A program made the position numbers and the translations under genes. From contig JADJBK010000007.1 of the NCBI GenBank assembly GCA_016703745.1, forward strand, positions 1,413 through 65,412: a stretch of 64,000 nucleotides of DNA, written 5' to 3'. How positions within the stretch are numbered: position 1 is the stretch's first letter; every line of letters starts with the position of its first letter. The notes beneath the pieces were generated by a model. The model saw only the letters and a list, made by a program, of their open reading frames with translations, made no database searches and was not told the DNA's origin. The DNA comes from Nitrosomonas sp. Its GTDB lineage: Bacteria > Pseudomonadota > Gammaproteobacteria > Burkholderiales > Nitrosomonadaceae. Of this stretch, positions 45,342-55,558 are shown one piece after another.

Positions 45342-47890
45342 TCGAGAGCATCATTTTCTTTTTCTCTGGCAGCGGAATCGTGCTTTTGTCTGTGCTATTC
45401 ATGCGAATCCGCTCGGTTGAGAGCCAATATAAATTAGACCGACACCGATCTCAAGAACCAGGCTTTGTCGATTTGCTTCTTTATGCTTCGGTTGTCGACG
45501 ATGGCGTGATTGTTGGTAAAAATGGAGCGCTGATGACAGCCTGGGTTTATCAGGGCGCTGACATGGCAAGCACTACGGATGAAGAGCGTAATCATGTCTC
45601 TCTACGCATGAATCAAGCGTTATCACGCCTGGGTTCCGGGTGGATGGTACACATAGATGCGGTGCGCAAACCCGCAGCGGGTTATTCAGACAAGGGGCTA
45701 TCCCATTTTCCCGATCCGGTTTCAGCGGCCATTGATGCCGAGCGGCGCAAGGCTTTCGAGCGTGTCGGTACTTTGTTCGAGAGTTACTTTGTTTTGACGT
45801 TGACTTACTTGCCTCCTTTGCTTGCTGAGCGCCAATTTGTGGATCTGATGTTTGATGATGACCAAAGCGCACCAGACAAAAAATCACAAACATTTAACTT
45901 AATTAATTACTTTACACGCGAGTGCTTGAATATTGAGTCGCGCTTGTCTGGTGTGATCGAATTGACACGATTGGCCAGTAAAAAGATAACCAATGAGGAC
46001 GACTCGACCACGACCCATGATGATTTTTTACGCTGGATACAGTTTTGTATAACCGGCCTGGATCATCCAATGGTTTTACCTGAAAATCGCGTCTATCTGG
46101 ATGGGGTGATTTCCGGCCAGGAATTCTTTGGAGGAACCATTCCCAAGATTGGCCGCCATTTCATTCAGGTGGTATCAATCGATGGCTACCCGCTCGAATC
46201 CTCGCCCGGCATGCTCACGGCCTTGTCGGAACTGCCTTGCGCATACCGCTGGTCAACACGTTTTATCTTCATGGACAATCATGAGTCTGTCGCGCATCTC
46301 CAGAAATTTGGCAGGAAATGGAAACAAAAAATCCGTGGGTTTTGGGATCAGGTTTTCCATTTGCAAAGCAACAACCTCGACGAAGATGCGCAAAACATGG
46401 CGCAGGATGCGCAATCCGCCATTTCAGAGACCAATAGTGGTCTTATCTCACAAGGCTACTATACGAGTGTCGTCGTGTTGATGGATGAGCACAGGGAAAC
46501 ACTGGAAGCCTCGGCAATGTACATTGCCAAAGCCGTTAATCATTTGGGGTTTACCGCGCGTATTGAGTCCATCAATACTATCGATGCGTATCTGGGCAGC
46601 CTGCCTGGTCATGGTGTCGAGAACGTTCGCCGCCCTTTGTTAAACACCATGAATCTGGCAGATTTAATGCCGCTCAACACGATTTGGACGGGCGCAATTG
46701 CCGCACCCTGCCCAATGTATCCACCGATGGCACCGCCGCTCATGCATTGCGTTACGCAAGGCGCGACACCTTTCCGATTGAATTTGCATGTCGGCGATAT
46801 TGGACATACTTTTATGTTTGGGCCAACGGGTGCAGGGAAATCAACTCATTTGGCACTCATCGCCGCGCAACTGCGTCGTTACCAGGGCATGTCGATCTAT
46901 TGCTTTGATAAGGGCATGTCAATGTATCCACTGACCAAAGCAGTGGGCGGTAAACATTTCACCGTAGCCTCAGATGATGAGGCGCTGGCGTTCTGCCCAT
47001 TACAGTTCCTGGATACCAAAGGGGATCGTGCCTGGGCGATGGAATGGATTTGTACCGTGATTGAACTCAATCACCTGGTCATTACACCGAACCAGCGCAA
47101 CGAAATAAGCAGCGCCCTGACCAGCATGCATCAAAGTGGTGCGCGCACCTTATCTGAATTTTCAGTGACGATTCAGGATGAGGCCATTCGTGAAGTGATC
47201 CTGCAATATACCGTCGATGGCATGATGGGACACTTACTCGATGCCGAAGAAGATGGCCTGGAACTAAGCGATTTCACGACCTTCGAGATTGAAGAATTAA
47301 TGAATCTCGGCGATAAATATGCGCTGCCGACGTTGCTCTACCTGTTTCGGCGCATTGAACGCAGTCTACATGGCCAACCGGCGGCAATCATTCTGGACGA
47401 AGCCTGGATGATGCTCGGTCATAAAGCATTCCGGGAAAAAATTCGTGAGTGGTTAAAAGTCATGAGAAAGGCCAATTGTCTGGTACTCATGGCGACACAA
47501 AACCTGTCGGACGCGGTCAACAGTGGCATTCTCGATATCATTGTTGAATCCACCGCCACCAAGATATTTCTACCGAATGTGCATGCCCGGGATGAAGATG
47601 CCAGCGCACTTTACCGGCGTATGGGGCTGAATAACCGTCAGGTTCAAATCCTGGCGACAGCCGTACCCAAACGTCAATATTACTCCGTATCAGAAAATGG
47701 TCGACGACTGTATGACCTGGCGTTAGGCCCCATCACCCTGGCCTTTGTCGGCGCATCCGACAAGGAATCCATTGCCACCATTAAACATTTAATCGCGAAG
47801 TATGGTGATGACTGGGTGCACCAATGGCTGGATATCAAGGGCCTGAATATCAGTGGACTGAAACTTAATGATGACAAGGCCGCCGCATGA
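45338..47890 (+). CDS. trbE: TrbE (VirB4-like ATPase)
   Basis: GPTGAGKS, DEAWMML, ATQN. Confidence 0.96.
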   Translation: MIESIIFFFSGSGIVLLSVLFMRIRSVESQYKLDRHRSQEPGFVDLLLYASVVDDGVIVGKNGALMTAWVYQGADMASTTDEERNHVSLRMNQALSRLGSGWMVHIDAVRKPAAGYSDKGLSHFPDPVSAAIDAERRKAFERVGTLFESYFVLTLTYLPPLLAERQFVDLMFDDDQSAPDKKSQTFNLINYFTRECLNIESRLSGVIELTRLASKKITNEDDSTTTHDDFLRWIQFCITGLDHPMVLPENRVYLDGVISGQEFFGGTIPKIGRHFIQVVSIDGYPLESSPGMLTALSELPCAYRWSTRFIFMDNHESVAHLQKFGRKWKQKIRGFWDQVFHLQSNNLDEDAQNMAQDAQSAISETNSGLISQGYYTSVVVLMDEHRETLEASAMYIAKAVNHLGFTARIESINTIDAYLGSLPGHGVENVRRPLLNTMNLADLMPLNTIWTGAIAAPCPMYPPMAPPLMHCVTQGATPFRLNLHVGDIGHTFMFGPTGAGKSTHLALIAAQLRRYQGMSIYCFDKGMSMYPLTKAVGGKHFTVASDDEALAFCPLQFLDTKGDRAWAMEWICTVIELNHLVITPNQRNEISSALTSMHQSGARTLSEFSVTIQDEAIREVILQYTVDGMMGHLLDAEEDGLELSDFTTFEIEELMNLGDKYALPTLLYLFRRIERSLHGQPAAIILDEAWMMLGHKAFREKIREWLKVMRKANCLVLMATQNLSDAVNSGILDIIVESTATKIFLPNVHARDEDASALYRRMGLNNRQVQILATAVPKRQYYSVSENGRRLYDLALGPITLAFVGASDKESIATIKHLIAKYGDDWVHQWLDIKGLNISGLKLNDDKAAA

Positions 47891-48645
47891 ATGCAATTAA
47901 AGCTTTCCTGACACGCAATTCAGGCACGAATGAACGCTTGAATGATGAACCAATCGACGGTGGCAGAAGGGAAGGGGAGAACACCAATCCTTATCTGAAT
48001 GCGCGTCGCACCTGGAATGATCACATGGCGGCAGTCACCGCATCGCGCAATATGTGGCAAATCCTGGCCATTCTCAGTCTGATGATCGTTTTAGCAGCCG
48101 TTGGCGGCATTATTTATATCGGCAGTCAATCCAGGTTTATCCCGTATGTGGTGCAAGTCGACAAACTTGGTGAAGCCGTCGCAGTCTCTCGCGCCGATGT
48201 GGCACAGACGGCTGATCCACGGGTGATTCATGCATCGGTTTCAGAGTTTATTAATAATTTACGCATGGTTACGCCGGACATTGCTTTGCAGCGTCGCGCC
48301 ATTTTCAGGGTATACGCGATGCTTTCACCGAATGACCCGGCCACGGCCAAAACCAACGAATGGCTAAATGGGACAGAGGACAGCAATCCTTTTAAACGGG
48401 CGACCACTGAAACAGTGAATGTCGAGATCATTTCAGTGATTCCACAAACCACAGAAACATGGCAGGTGGATTGGTTGGAAAAAGTCTATGACCGGCAAGG
48501 CAATCTGGCTGAGCCGCCATTTAAGATGCGCGCCTTGCTGCGTGTCTATAGTCGGCCACAAACAAAAAGTACGACTGAAGAGCAAATGAGAAACAACCCA
48601 TTAGGGATTTTTATCCAGGACTATTCCTGGTCAAAGCAGGTTTAA
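47887..48645 (+). CDS. trbF: TrbF (VirB8-like)
   Basis: NPYLNARRTWND, NPLGIFIQDYSWS. Confidence 0.95.
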   Translation: MNAIKAFLTRNSGTNERLNDEPIDGGRREGENTNPYLNARRTWNDHMAAVTASRNMWQILAILSLMIVLAAVGGIIYIGSQSRFIPYVVQVDKLGEAVAVSRADVAQTADPRVIHASVSEFINNLRMVTPDIALQRRAIFRVYAMLSPNDPATAKTNEWLNGTEDSNPFKRATTETVNVEIISVIPQTTETWQVDWLEKVYDRQGNLAEPPFKMRALLRVYSRPQTKSTTEEQMRNNPLGIFIQDYSWSKQV

Positions 48646-48673
48646 AGGCTCAATAGACTTAAAGGTACCGACA

Positions 48674-49585
48674 ATGCAACTCACTAAATCAATCCTGACT
48701 ACCCTTTGCATGAGCTTGTTTCCAACCTTCGTGCTGGCAGGCGCCGGAGGTAATTTTCCGGATGCTTATTTTGAAAAAGCCAACCCAACGCTTACGCCAC
48801 AAGAAAGCGCATCCATTGCAATCGCCAGGAAATGGCAATCAACCAGCGCGACAGGGGTTAAACCCGTTGCCGGGCCTGATGGATCGATCCGTTTTTTGTT
48901 TGGCGCACAACAACCCAGTGTCGTGTGTGCGGTATTGCAGATTTGTGATGTCCAGTTGCAGCCGGGAGAACAGGTCAATTCCATTCACCTGGGCGATCAG
49001 GTGCGTTGGCAGGTTGACCCAGCCATTACAGGCAGCGGCAGCTCTGAGATTCAGCATCTGATTATAAAACCCCTGGATGTGGGACTGGAAACGTCCCTGG
49101 TTGTCACAACCGACCGGCGCACTTATCACCTGCGGCTGAGATCACACCGCCATGAATTTATGCCACGGGTTGCCTTTATCTATCCCGAGGATGCCCAGGC
49201 AAAATGGGATTCCGTCAAAAAAAGAGAAAATCATGCGCTGGAAATCAAGCAATCCCAAACCATCCCGGCAACGGGAGAATATCTTGGCGATCTTGATTTC
49301 CTGTACACGGTATCGGGCTCGGCTGCATGGAAACCACTGCGCGTATACAACGATGGCAAGAAAACCATCATTCAGATGCCCACTACCTTCTCCCAAAACG
49401 AAGCGCCCATCCTGATGGTCGTGCGCAAGGACGGGGGGGTGTTCTCAAAAGCAGAAACGGTGCTGGTGAATTACCGCTTACAGGCAGATCGTTACATTGT
49501 GGACAATGTTTTCGACAAAGCAGTTTTAATCGCGGGTGTCGGCAACAGCCAGGACCGTGTAACCATTAGCAGGGGCGGGCAATGA
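48674..49585 (+). CDS. trbG: TrbG (VirB9-like)
   Basis: VCAVLQICDVQLQPGE, TTDRRTYHLRL, WKPLRVYNDG. Confidence 0.95.
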   Translation: MQLTKSILTTLCMSLFPTFVLAGAGGNFPDAYFEKANPTLTPQESASIAIARKWQSTSATGVKPVAGPDGSIRFLFGAQQPSVVCAVLQICDVQLQPGEQVNSIHLGDQVRWQVDPAITGSGSSEIQHLIIKPLDVGLETSLVVTTDRRTYHLRLRSHRHEFMPRVAFIYPEDAQAKWDSVKKRENHALEIKQSQTIPATGEYLGDLDFLYTVSGSAAWKPLRVYNDGKKTIIQMPTTFSQNEAPILMVVRKDGGVFSKAETVLVNYRLQADRYIVDNVFDKAVLIAGVGNSQDRVTISRGGQ

Positions 49586-50040
49586 TGTTGAATCAGCCAT
49601 CGCTGCTGGCATCGCTTTTGCTATTGCTTGTGGCAGGGTGTGCCACCCCGCCCTATGGCAATTATGTTGATGGTGATGCGCCCAGCCAGAACACAGCCGT
49701 GATCGCCAGTGATGCTGCATATCAACTCATGCAGCTTTATCCACCTGCCAGCACAAAAATCAATATGCAACATCCCACGACTGATCCATTTGGCGTTGCT
49801 TTTATGGAAAATCTGCGCAAGGGGGGGTATGCCATCCAGGAGCATGTTAAAACCAGTCTGGCACAGCCAGATCAGCAGGCTGTCAAGCCGTCTGACGGCA
49901 TCAGGCTGGCCTATATTTTTGATCAATCCAGTGGTCTGTATCGTCTCTCCGTCATGATTGATGAACAGATACTGACCCGCGCTTACGTGTCGCATCAAGA
50001 CACGATGCAACCTGCGGGTTCCTGGGTTATGAAGGAATAG
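49582..50040 (+). CDS. trbH: TrbH lipoprotein
   Basis: Lipobox VAGC; DPFGVAFMENLRKGGYAI; operon position. Confidence 0.88.
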   Translation: MMLNQPSLLASLLLLLVAGCATPPYGNYVDGDAPSQNTAVIASDAAYQLMQLYPPASTKINMQHPTTDPFGVAFMENLRKGGYAIQEHVKTSLAQPDQQAVKPSDGIRLAYIFDQSSGLYRLSVMIDEQILTRAYVSHQDTMQPAGSWVMKE

Positions 50041-50048
50041 GAGGGGCT

Positions 50049-51437
50049 ATGTCAGACACCATGTTGCCTGATGCCTCACCTGATACCGCCCCAAGGAGAG
50101 CGGGTGTGCGCCGCGTCAACAATTTGCCTGTCTACATTGTGGTCGGTATAGCCATGGTCTTTTTGCTCATCATGATGGTTGTGGCGATGAACCGTGCGGA
50201 ACAACAGAATGTGGCGCACGAAGAAGAAGCAGCTACCGAAACCGGAAATACCAATTTATTGGCGGCCATGATTACCGGTGATTTTAAAGAGGGCATCATC
50301 GAACCCAAAGCAGCACCGCCGGTTGTTCCCGATACGCAGTCAGAGATAATCATTGCGTACCCGGATCATGCTGAGAATCTGGATTTGCCACCATTGCCGC
50401 CTGGGGAGCAAATGCATGCCGGGAACCACCCTGATCTGAATCATATTCGCATGATGAAGATGCAGCAATTCGAAGATGCGGTTAAGGCGCGCACCAACGT
50501 CCCGATGACCGCACCAAGAAGCGCAGCATCCTCTCCTGGTTATGCGCCTTCAGCTTCAGGCGGCGCACCCGGCAGGGCTGAGCAGTTGGCACAATTGGCA
50601 GCGATCAGGCAACAGATCAATGCCCAGGCCAATGATGATCCCACGGCGGCTTACCAGGCACGGTTACAGCAAATTAAAGACAGTGGGCCTGGAGGTGCGG
50701 GTGATGGTACGGATACTGATGGATTAGCCCCGCATTTGCTTCATGCGGACACCAACCGCGCAAATAATGACTATGCAAACTTTGATGCAACGGGGCAGGA
50801 AGATCGCTGGAAGCTGGATAGCCAGCCAGTCGCACCCAGAACACCTTATAGCCTGCTTCCCGGGTTTGTGATACCGGCTGTTTTGATCTCCGGTATTAAT
50901 TCAGAACTACCCGGCCAGATTCTGGCGCAAGTCAGTCAGGATGTGTATGACACCGCTACTGGTAAACACCGTCTGATGCCTCAAGGGGCGCGTCTGGTCG
51001 GGGAGTATTCCAGTGAGGTTGCGTTTGGTCAGTCGCGTGTGCTGGTTGCCTGGCAACGAATCATTTTTCCTGATGGTAAAACAATGGATATCGGAGCCAT
51101 GCCGGGGACTGATGGAATTGGTCAGTCCGGATTCAATGACAAGACCAATAATCACTATCTTCGGATATTCGGATCAGCATTACTAATGTCTGCCGTGATC
51201 GCTGGCGCGACCTATAGTCAACGCGATGCAGGCGGCGGAGGGGGAGTATACGGACGACAAAACGCCGGTAGCGTATTGAGCCAGTCACTCGGTCAGCAGT
51301 TGGGGCAAGCCGCCACGCGCCTGATGATGAAAAATCTCAATATTGCGCCAACTTTAGAGATTCGCCCTGGCTTTAGATTCAATGTAGTGGTGACCAAAGA
51401 CATGGTTTTTTCTAAACCGTATCAGGCATTCAATTAA
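50049..51437 (+). CDS. trbI: TrbI (VirB10-like)
   Basis: IPAVLISGINSELPG, NIAPTLEIRPGFRFNVVV. Confidence 0.95.
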   Translation: MSDTMLPDASPDTAPRRAGVRRVNNLPVYIVVGIAMVFLLIMMVVAMNRAEQQNVAHEEEAATETGNTNLLAAMITGDFKEGIIEPKAAPPVVPDTQSEIIIAYPDHAENLDLPPLPPGEQMHAGNHPDLNHIRMMKMQQFEDAVKARTNVPMTAPRSAASSPGYAPSASGGAPGRAEQLAQLAAIRQQINAQANDDPTAAYQARLQQIKDSGPGGAGDGTDTDGLAPHLLHADTNRANNDYANFDATGQEDRWKLDSQPVAPRTPYSLLPGFVIPAVLISGINSELPGQILAQVSQDVYDTATGKHRLMPQGARLVGEYSSEVAFGQSRVLVAWQRIIFPDGKTMDIGAMPGTDGIGQSGFNDKTNNHYLRIFGSALLMSAVIAGATYSQRDAGGGGGVYGRQNAGSVLSQSLGQQLGQAATRLMMKNLNIAPTLEIRPGFRFNVVVTKDMVFSKPYQAFN

Positions 51438-51461
51438 TTGATACTACCAAGGAATGAACGC

Positions 51462-52250
51462 ATGAAATTCCATAAGAAATTAGTCGCTAAATGGGTAGGG
51501 GTGCTGTTTATGGCGGGGTTGGCGCAGCCAACCCATACCAGCGGCATTCCGGTTCTGGATGCGATGAATGTATCGCAAGCCACTATATCGGCAATGGAGA
51601 ATGTGGCTGCGGTCGTCAAGCAAATCCAGCAATATCAAACCCAATTGCAGCAGTATGAAAACATGATCAGAAACACCATTGCGCCAGCGGCTTATGTGTG
51701 GACGCAAGCGGAATATACGATGAACAGGCTGGTGCAGGCAACGAACACACTGAAATACTATAAGTCGCAAGGCGGTATAGACAACTATCTGAACCGGTAC
51801 AGAAACGCGGGTTACTACAGTAACTCGCCTTGCTTCAAGTTTGGCATTAAATGTACTACCGAAGATTGGCGGTTAATGCGGGAAGGGCAGACCAGGAGTA
51901 CCGATGTACAGAAAATTGCTAACGATGCGTCATTAAGGGGCCTGGAGGTGCATGAAAGCAGATTGCCCATGGATGCCGCCCATTTGCAAGTGCTGCAATC
52001 ACGGGCACAAACGGCGGAAGGGAAGATGGAAGCGATCCAGTATGCCAATCAGCTGGCGGCTTACCATTCCAACCAGTTATTACAGTTACGCTCCATGCTG
52101 GTTGCACAATTCAACGCGCAAAACGCCAGAGAACAAGTGCGTATCGATAAAGAAGCAATACAGCAGGCCTCACACGAGGCATCAACCAGACGGTTGAGTC
52201 CAGTTAATTTTCCACCGGCAAAAAAATGGAATGTTCGGGATATATTTTAA
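51462..52250 (+). CDS. trbJ: TrbJ (VirB5-like)
   Basis: GIPVLDAMN..QLQQYENMIRNT; AIQYANQLA. Confidence 0.9.
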   Translation: MKFHKKLVAKWVGVLFMAGLAQPTHTSGIPVLDAMNVSQATISAMENVAAVVKQIQQYQTQLQQYENMIRNTIAPAAYVWTQAEYTMNRLVQATNTLKYYKSQGGIDNYLNRYRNAGYYSNSPCFKFGIKCTTEDWRLMREGQTRSTDVQKIANDASLRGLEVHESRLPMDAAHLQVLQSRAQTAEGKMEAIQYANQLAAYHSNQLLQLRSMLVAQFNAQNAREQVRIDKEAIQQASHEASTRRLSPVNFPPAKKWNVRDIF

Positions 52251-52271
52251 TTTAAACCAAAGGAGTCAATC

Positions 52272-52466
52272 ATGAGAACCAAACAAACAACTATCTTTGC
52301 AGCTACTGCAGTATTACTTTTTACCCTGGTCGGATGTGAGGAACCAAAGGGTGGGTTAGAGCTTAAGGATCCTAAGCCAGAGCTAAAGGGAGACGCGTTG
52401 CACTGGACGATAAACGGCCCGGTTGATGCGTCCGGTAACCTTATTGCACCTGAAGAAGCAAAGTAG
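52272..52466 (+). CDS. TrbK-like entry-exclusion lipoprotein
   Basis: 64 aa, lipobox LVGC, lies between trbJ and trbL. Confidence 0.65.
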   Translation: MRTKQTTIFAATAVLLFTLVGCEEPKGGLELKDPKPELKGDALHWTINGPVDASGNLIAPEEAK

Positions 52467-52498
52467 TCATTAAATCTTGTTATTAGAGGATCAAACCG

Positions 52499-53641
52499 TT
52501 GAATAAACCGAGCCTAGCCCTTCTTTTGTGCGCCCTGACGCTGATGCTGTTCTCTACTGCTGCATTTGCAGAGTTGGCCTATATCGATCCAGCAACGAAC
52601 CAAGGTGTCCTCGACCAGGTGACTCAAAAGTTCCTCAGTTCAGCCAAAAACTGGCACATCATCTTGGAAGCAGCGGCGACACGCCTGTTCTGGTCACTGG
52701 TATTAATGTCAATGGTATGGACATTTGGCATGATGATTCTACGCAAGGCCGATATAGGGGACTTCTTTGCTGAATTTACCCGCTTCATCATCTTTACAGG
52801 GTTTTTTTTCTGGCTGCTAACCAATGCTGTATCAGGACACAACATTGGCGGCACCATTATTGAATCCATGCAGGTATTGGGTAGCCAAGCTTCAGGGCAG
52901 ACTGGTCTGGCTCACGGAAATATTGTGGAGATGGCTATAAAGCTATGGCACTCGCTCACTCAAAACTTATCTGTCTGGAATCCAGTTGATAGCTTTATTG
53001 CCGCTGTTCTCACCCTAATCATTATGATTGTTTTAACTGTTATTGCAGTCAACATGTTGTTCCTCATAATTTCTTCCTGGGTGCTGTTGTATGCCGGTAT
53101 CTTTTTCCTGGGTTTTGGTGGTGCGCGGTGGACATCGGACATCGCCATTAACTATTTCAGGACGGTATTAAGCGTCGGCATTGAATTGCTTGCGATGACA
53201 TTGATCATTGGCATTGGCGGTTCCTTTCTGAGTAATTATTACGCAAAAATGAACCAGAACATCCTGAACTTTGAAGAGCTGGGGGTCATGTTAATTTCTG
53301 CGATTGCATTTTTAATATTGACTTCAAAAATACCCTCAATGCTGTCAAGCATTGTGACTGGCGGTGGTTTCAATAGTAGCGGGGTAACTAATTATACGGG
53401 GGGTCAGGTAATGGGCGCAGCAGCCACATCGCTGGCCATTGCGAGTATGGGGATGACCAAGGCAGCAAGTGCATTGGGATCAATCGCTTCAGCAGCGAAA
53501 GGCGCCATGGGCAGCAGTAGTGGAATGGATGCGGTTAAGTCAGCAGATTTTGGATCGATAGGGGGAGAATTTGGCCCGCCCAGGCAGAGTAAGGGCGTAT
53601 CAAACTATCCTTTTGGAACTCCTCCTGAAAGACCCAAATAA
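52499..53641 (+). CDS. trbL: TrbL (VirB6-like)
   Basis: ADIGDFFAEFTRFIIFTGFFFWLL, FLGFGGARWTSDIAINYFR. Confidence 0.95.
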   Translation: MNKPSLALLLCALTLMLFSTAAFAELAYIDPATNQGVLDQVTQKFLSSAKNWHIILEAAATRLFWSLVLMSMVWTFGMMILRKADIGDFFAEFTRFIIFTGFFFWLLTNAVSGHNIGGTIIESMQVLGSQASGQTGLAHGNIVEMAIKLWHSLTQNLSVWNPVDSFIAAVLTLIIMIVLTVIAVNMLFLIISSWVLLYAGIFFLGFGGARWTSDIAINYFRTVLSVGIELLAMTLIIGIGGSFLSNYYAKMNQNILNFEELGVMLISAIAFLILTSKIPSMLSSIVTGGGFNSSGVTNYTGGQVMGAAATSLAIASMGMTKAASALGSIASAAKGAMGSSSGMDAVKSADFGSIGGEFGPPRQSKGVSNYPFGTPPERPK

Positions 53642-53665
53642 TATGACCAGGCAAAAGTATCGCTG

Positions 53666-53950
53666 ATGAAAACATTAACGGTCATTATTTATCTGATGCT
53701 ACTCGCAAACCCAGCTCACGCCAAAGACGCTTGCGCGACAGTCTTGTGCATGGCAGGCATGTTGCAAGGGTCGGGTGTGGTGAGCAATTGCAGTCAACCA
53801 GTCGAAGACTATTTCAGCATTGTTAAATTTCTACATGGTGGAATTAGTTGGAGCAGGACATTTAAAGCGCGTGGAAAATTCCTCAATCAGTGCTCGGCCA
53901 ACAATGGATGGGGAGACAAAATTAACAAGGCATATGGACGTGTCCTGTAA
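53666..53950 (+). CDS. trbM: TrbM
   Basis: DACATVLCMAG..YFSI..RGKFLNQC. Confidence 0.85.
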   Translation: MKTLTVIIYLMLLANPAHAKDACATVLCMAGMLQGSGVVSNCSQPVEDYFSIVKFLHGGISWSRTFKARGKFLNQCSANNGWGDKINKAYGRVL

Positions 53951-53977
53951 CAAAACACTATTCACAATGGAGTCGCC

Positions 53978-54709
53978 ATGCATAGCAAATTAATGATGAT
54001 CGTCGTGTTAGCACTATTACTTGGCGGGTGTGCCAGCATGAATGAGAGCCAGAAAAACACCGCACAAGGCACTGGACTAGGTGCAGGCGCAGGTGCCGCC
54101 GTTGGCGCAATCATTGGTGCGCTTGCAGGTGATCCCGCCCTTGGTGCAGGGATTGGCGCCGGTGTAGGTGCAGCCGGTGGCTATATCTGGTCGTCACACA
54201 TGGAGAACCAGAAAAAACGTATGGAACAGGCGACTGCCGGTACCAATATCCAGGTCACGCAAACCGAAAACAATCAATTGAAGATGAACATCCCAGGGGA
54301 TTTTTCATTCGATAGCGGGAGTGCAACCATCAGACCGGATATGTACCCGATTTTAAATAGCCTGGCTGATGGATTGCGAAGTAATCCGCAGTCACAAGCC
54401 ATGATTATCGGGCATACCGATAATACCGGTAGCGATGAGATCAATAATCCGCTCTCGATTAATCGCGCAGGCAATACACGCGCCTATTTAGTCAGTCAGG
54501 GCATCGCATCGAATCGGATTGCCATTGATGGCCGCAGTTCTTACGAGCCGATAGCGCCCAATGACAGCCCCGTTAATCGTGCGAAAAACCGCCGGATAGA
54601 AGTTTTTATGTTCGAGCCGCAACAACAGCAGCAGCAAATACAACAACCATACCAACAACAACAGCAAATGCAGCAACAATACCAACAGCCAATCCAGCCG
54701 GTATATTAA
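53978..54709 (+). CDS. OmpA-domain lipoprotein with glycine zipper and Gln-rich tail
   Basis: Lipobox LGGC, GAGAGAAVGA zipper, GHTDNTG..NNPLSINRA..NRRIE. Confidence 0.9.
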   Translation: MHSKLMMIVVLALLLGGCASMNESQKNTAQGTGLGAGAGAAVGAIIGALAGDPALGAGIGAGVGAAGGYIWSSHMENQKKRMEQATAGTNIQVTQTENNQLKMNIPGDFSFDSGSATIRPDMYPILNSLADGLRSNPQSQAMIIGHTDNTGSDEINNPLSINRAGNTRAYLVSQGIASNRIAIDGRSSYEPIAPNDSPVNRAKNRRIEVFMFEPQQQQQQIQQPYQQQQQMQQQYQQPIQPVY

Positions 54710-54712
54710 CAA

Positions 54713-55144
54713 ATGATGGACTTGCCGCCAGACATGCAGGAACGGATTGTGTGCTCAGTGACTGCAGCGATCAAATATGAAATACCGGCCAATATTTTAC
54801 TGGCCATCGCTGAGAAAGAGGGTGGCAAGCCGGGTCAATGGGTAAGCAACCGTAATGGCACTCACGATGTGGGCACCATGCAATTCAATACGGCCTATCT
54901 ACCACATGGGATCACAGCGGACGATGTGGCGCAACCAGGTTGTTATCCGTTTGATTTAGCAGCCTGGCGGGTGCGACAACATCTTAAACATGACCAGGGC
55001 GATATCTGGACAAAGGCGGCTAACTATCATTCCCGGACGCCAGAATATAACGCCAGGTACCGCGATGATTTAATTGCCAAAGCCGCAAAATGGGCAGTCT
55101 GGCTCGAAAATTACCTGATTACAGCAAATCGTCAAGAAAAGTAA
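54713..55144 (+). CDS. trbN: TrbN lytic transglycosylase
   Basis: LAIAEKEGG, DVGTMQFNT, ANYHSRTP. Confidence 0.92.
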   Translation: MMDLPPDMQERIVCSVTAAIKYEIPANILLAIAEKEGGKPGQWVSNRNGTHDVGTMQFNTAYLPHGITADDVAQPGCYPFDLAAWRVRQHLKHDQGDIWTKAANYHSRTPEYNARYRDDLIAKAAKWAVWLENYLITANRQEK

Positions 55145-55180
55145 TGCGAGGTTTTATTCCGATTCGCTGTTTGTAATGGA

Positions 55181-55213
55181 CAGGGTTATCCACAAAATAC
55201 GGGGATAACCCTG
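55181..55213. promoter_or_regulatory. 11-bp hairpin carrying a perfect DnaA box
   Basis: CAGGGTTATCC..GGATAACCCTG; TTATCCACA at 55186-55194. Confidence 0.5.
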
Positions 55214-55329
55214 TGTGTAACCAGTGGGCAACCATCCTAAGTACGAGGGTACACGATGGACATTGCCGCTGCCTTATTCAGGGCAAAAACCCGATGGCAC
55301 ATTTGTGTTTTGTAAAAGGAGTGCGTGTA

Positions 55330-55536
55330 ATGAAAAAGTCAGAAAATGAAAGTCAGGAACCAGACCTGAAAACCATGGATGAAGTGATTGACGAGAAGCT
55401 CATCGACATGGAAACACCGGGCTTTGCGGCTGAATTCAATCCGCTGGAAGCGGACAGGATCGGTGCATTTGAAGAAGATGCGCTGAGCGAACAAGATGCC
55501 TGGGAAAGCGCCATTGATGTAATCGAGCACACCTAA
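55330..55536 (+). CDS. traD: IncP TraD-like small acidic protein (68 aa)
   Basis: [24 protein letters not shown] motif; directly upstream of traC as in IncP-1. Confidence 0.65.
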   Translation: MKKSENESQEPDLKTMDEVIDEKLIDMETPGFAAEFNPLEADRIGAFEEDALSEQDAWESAIDVIEHT

Positions 55537-55558
55537 TCATAATAGCTAAGGTAATCCG

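Noticed and set aside
55214-55329. oriT candidate between trbN and traD
   Set aside because: No IncP-type nic motif (TATCCTG/C) and no relaxase nearby
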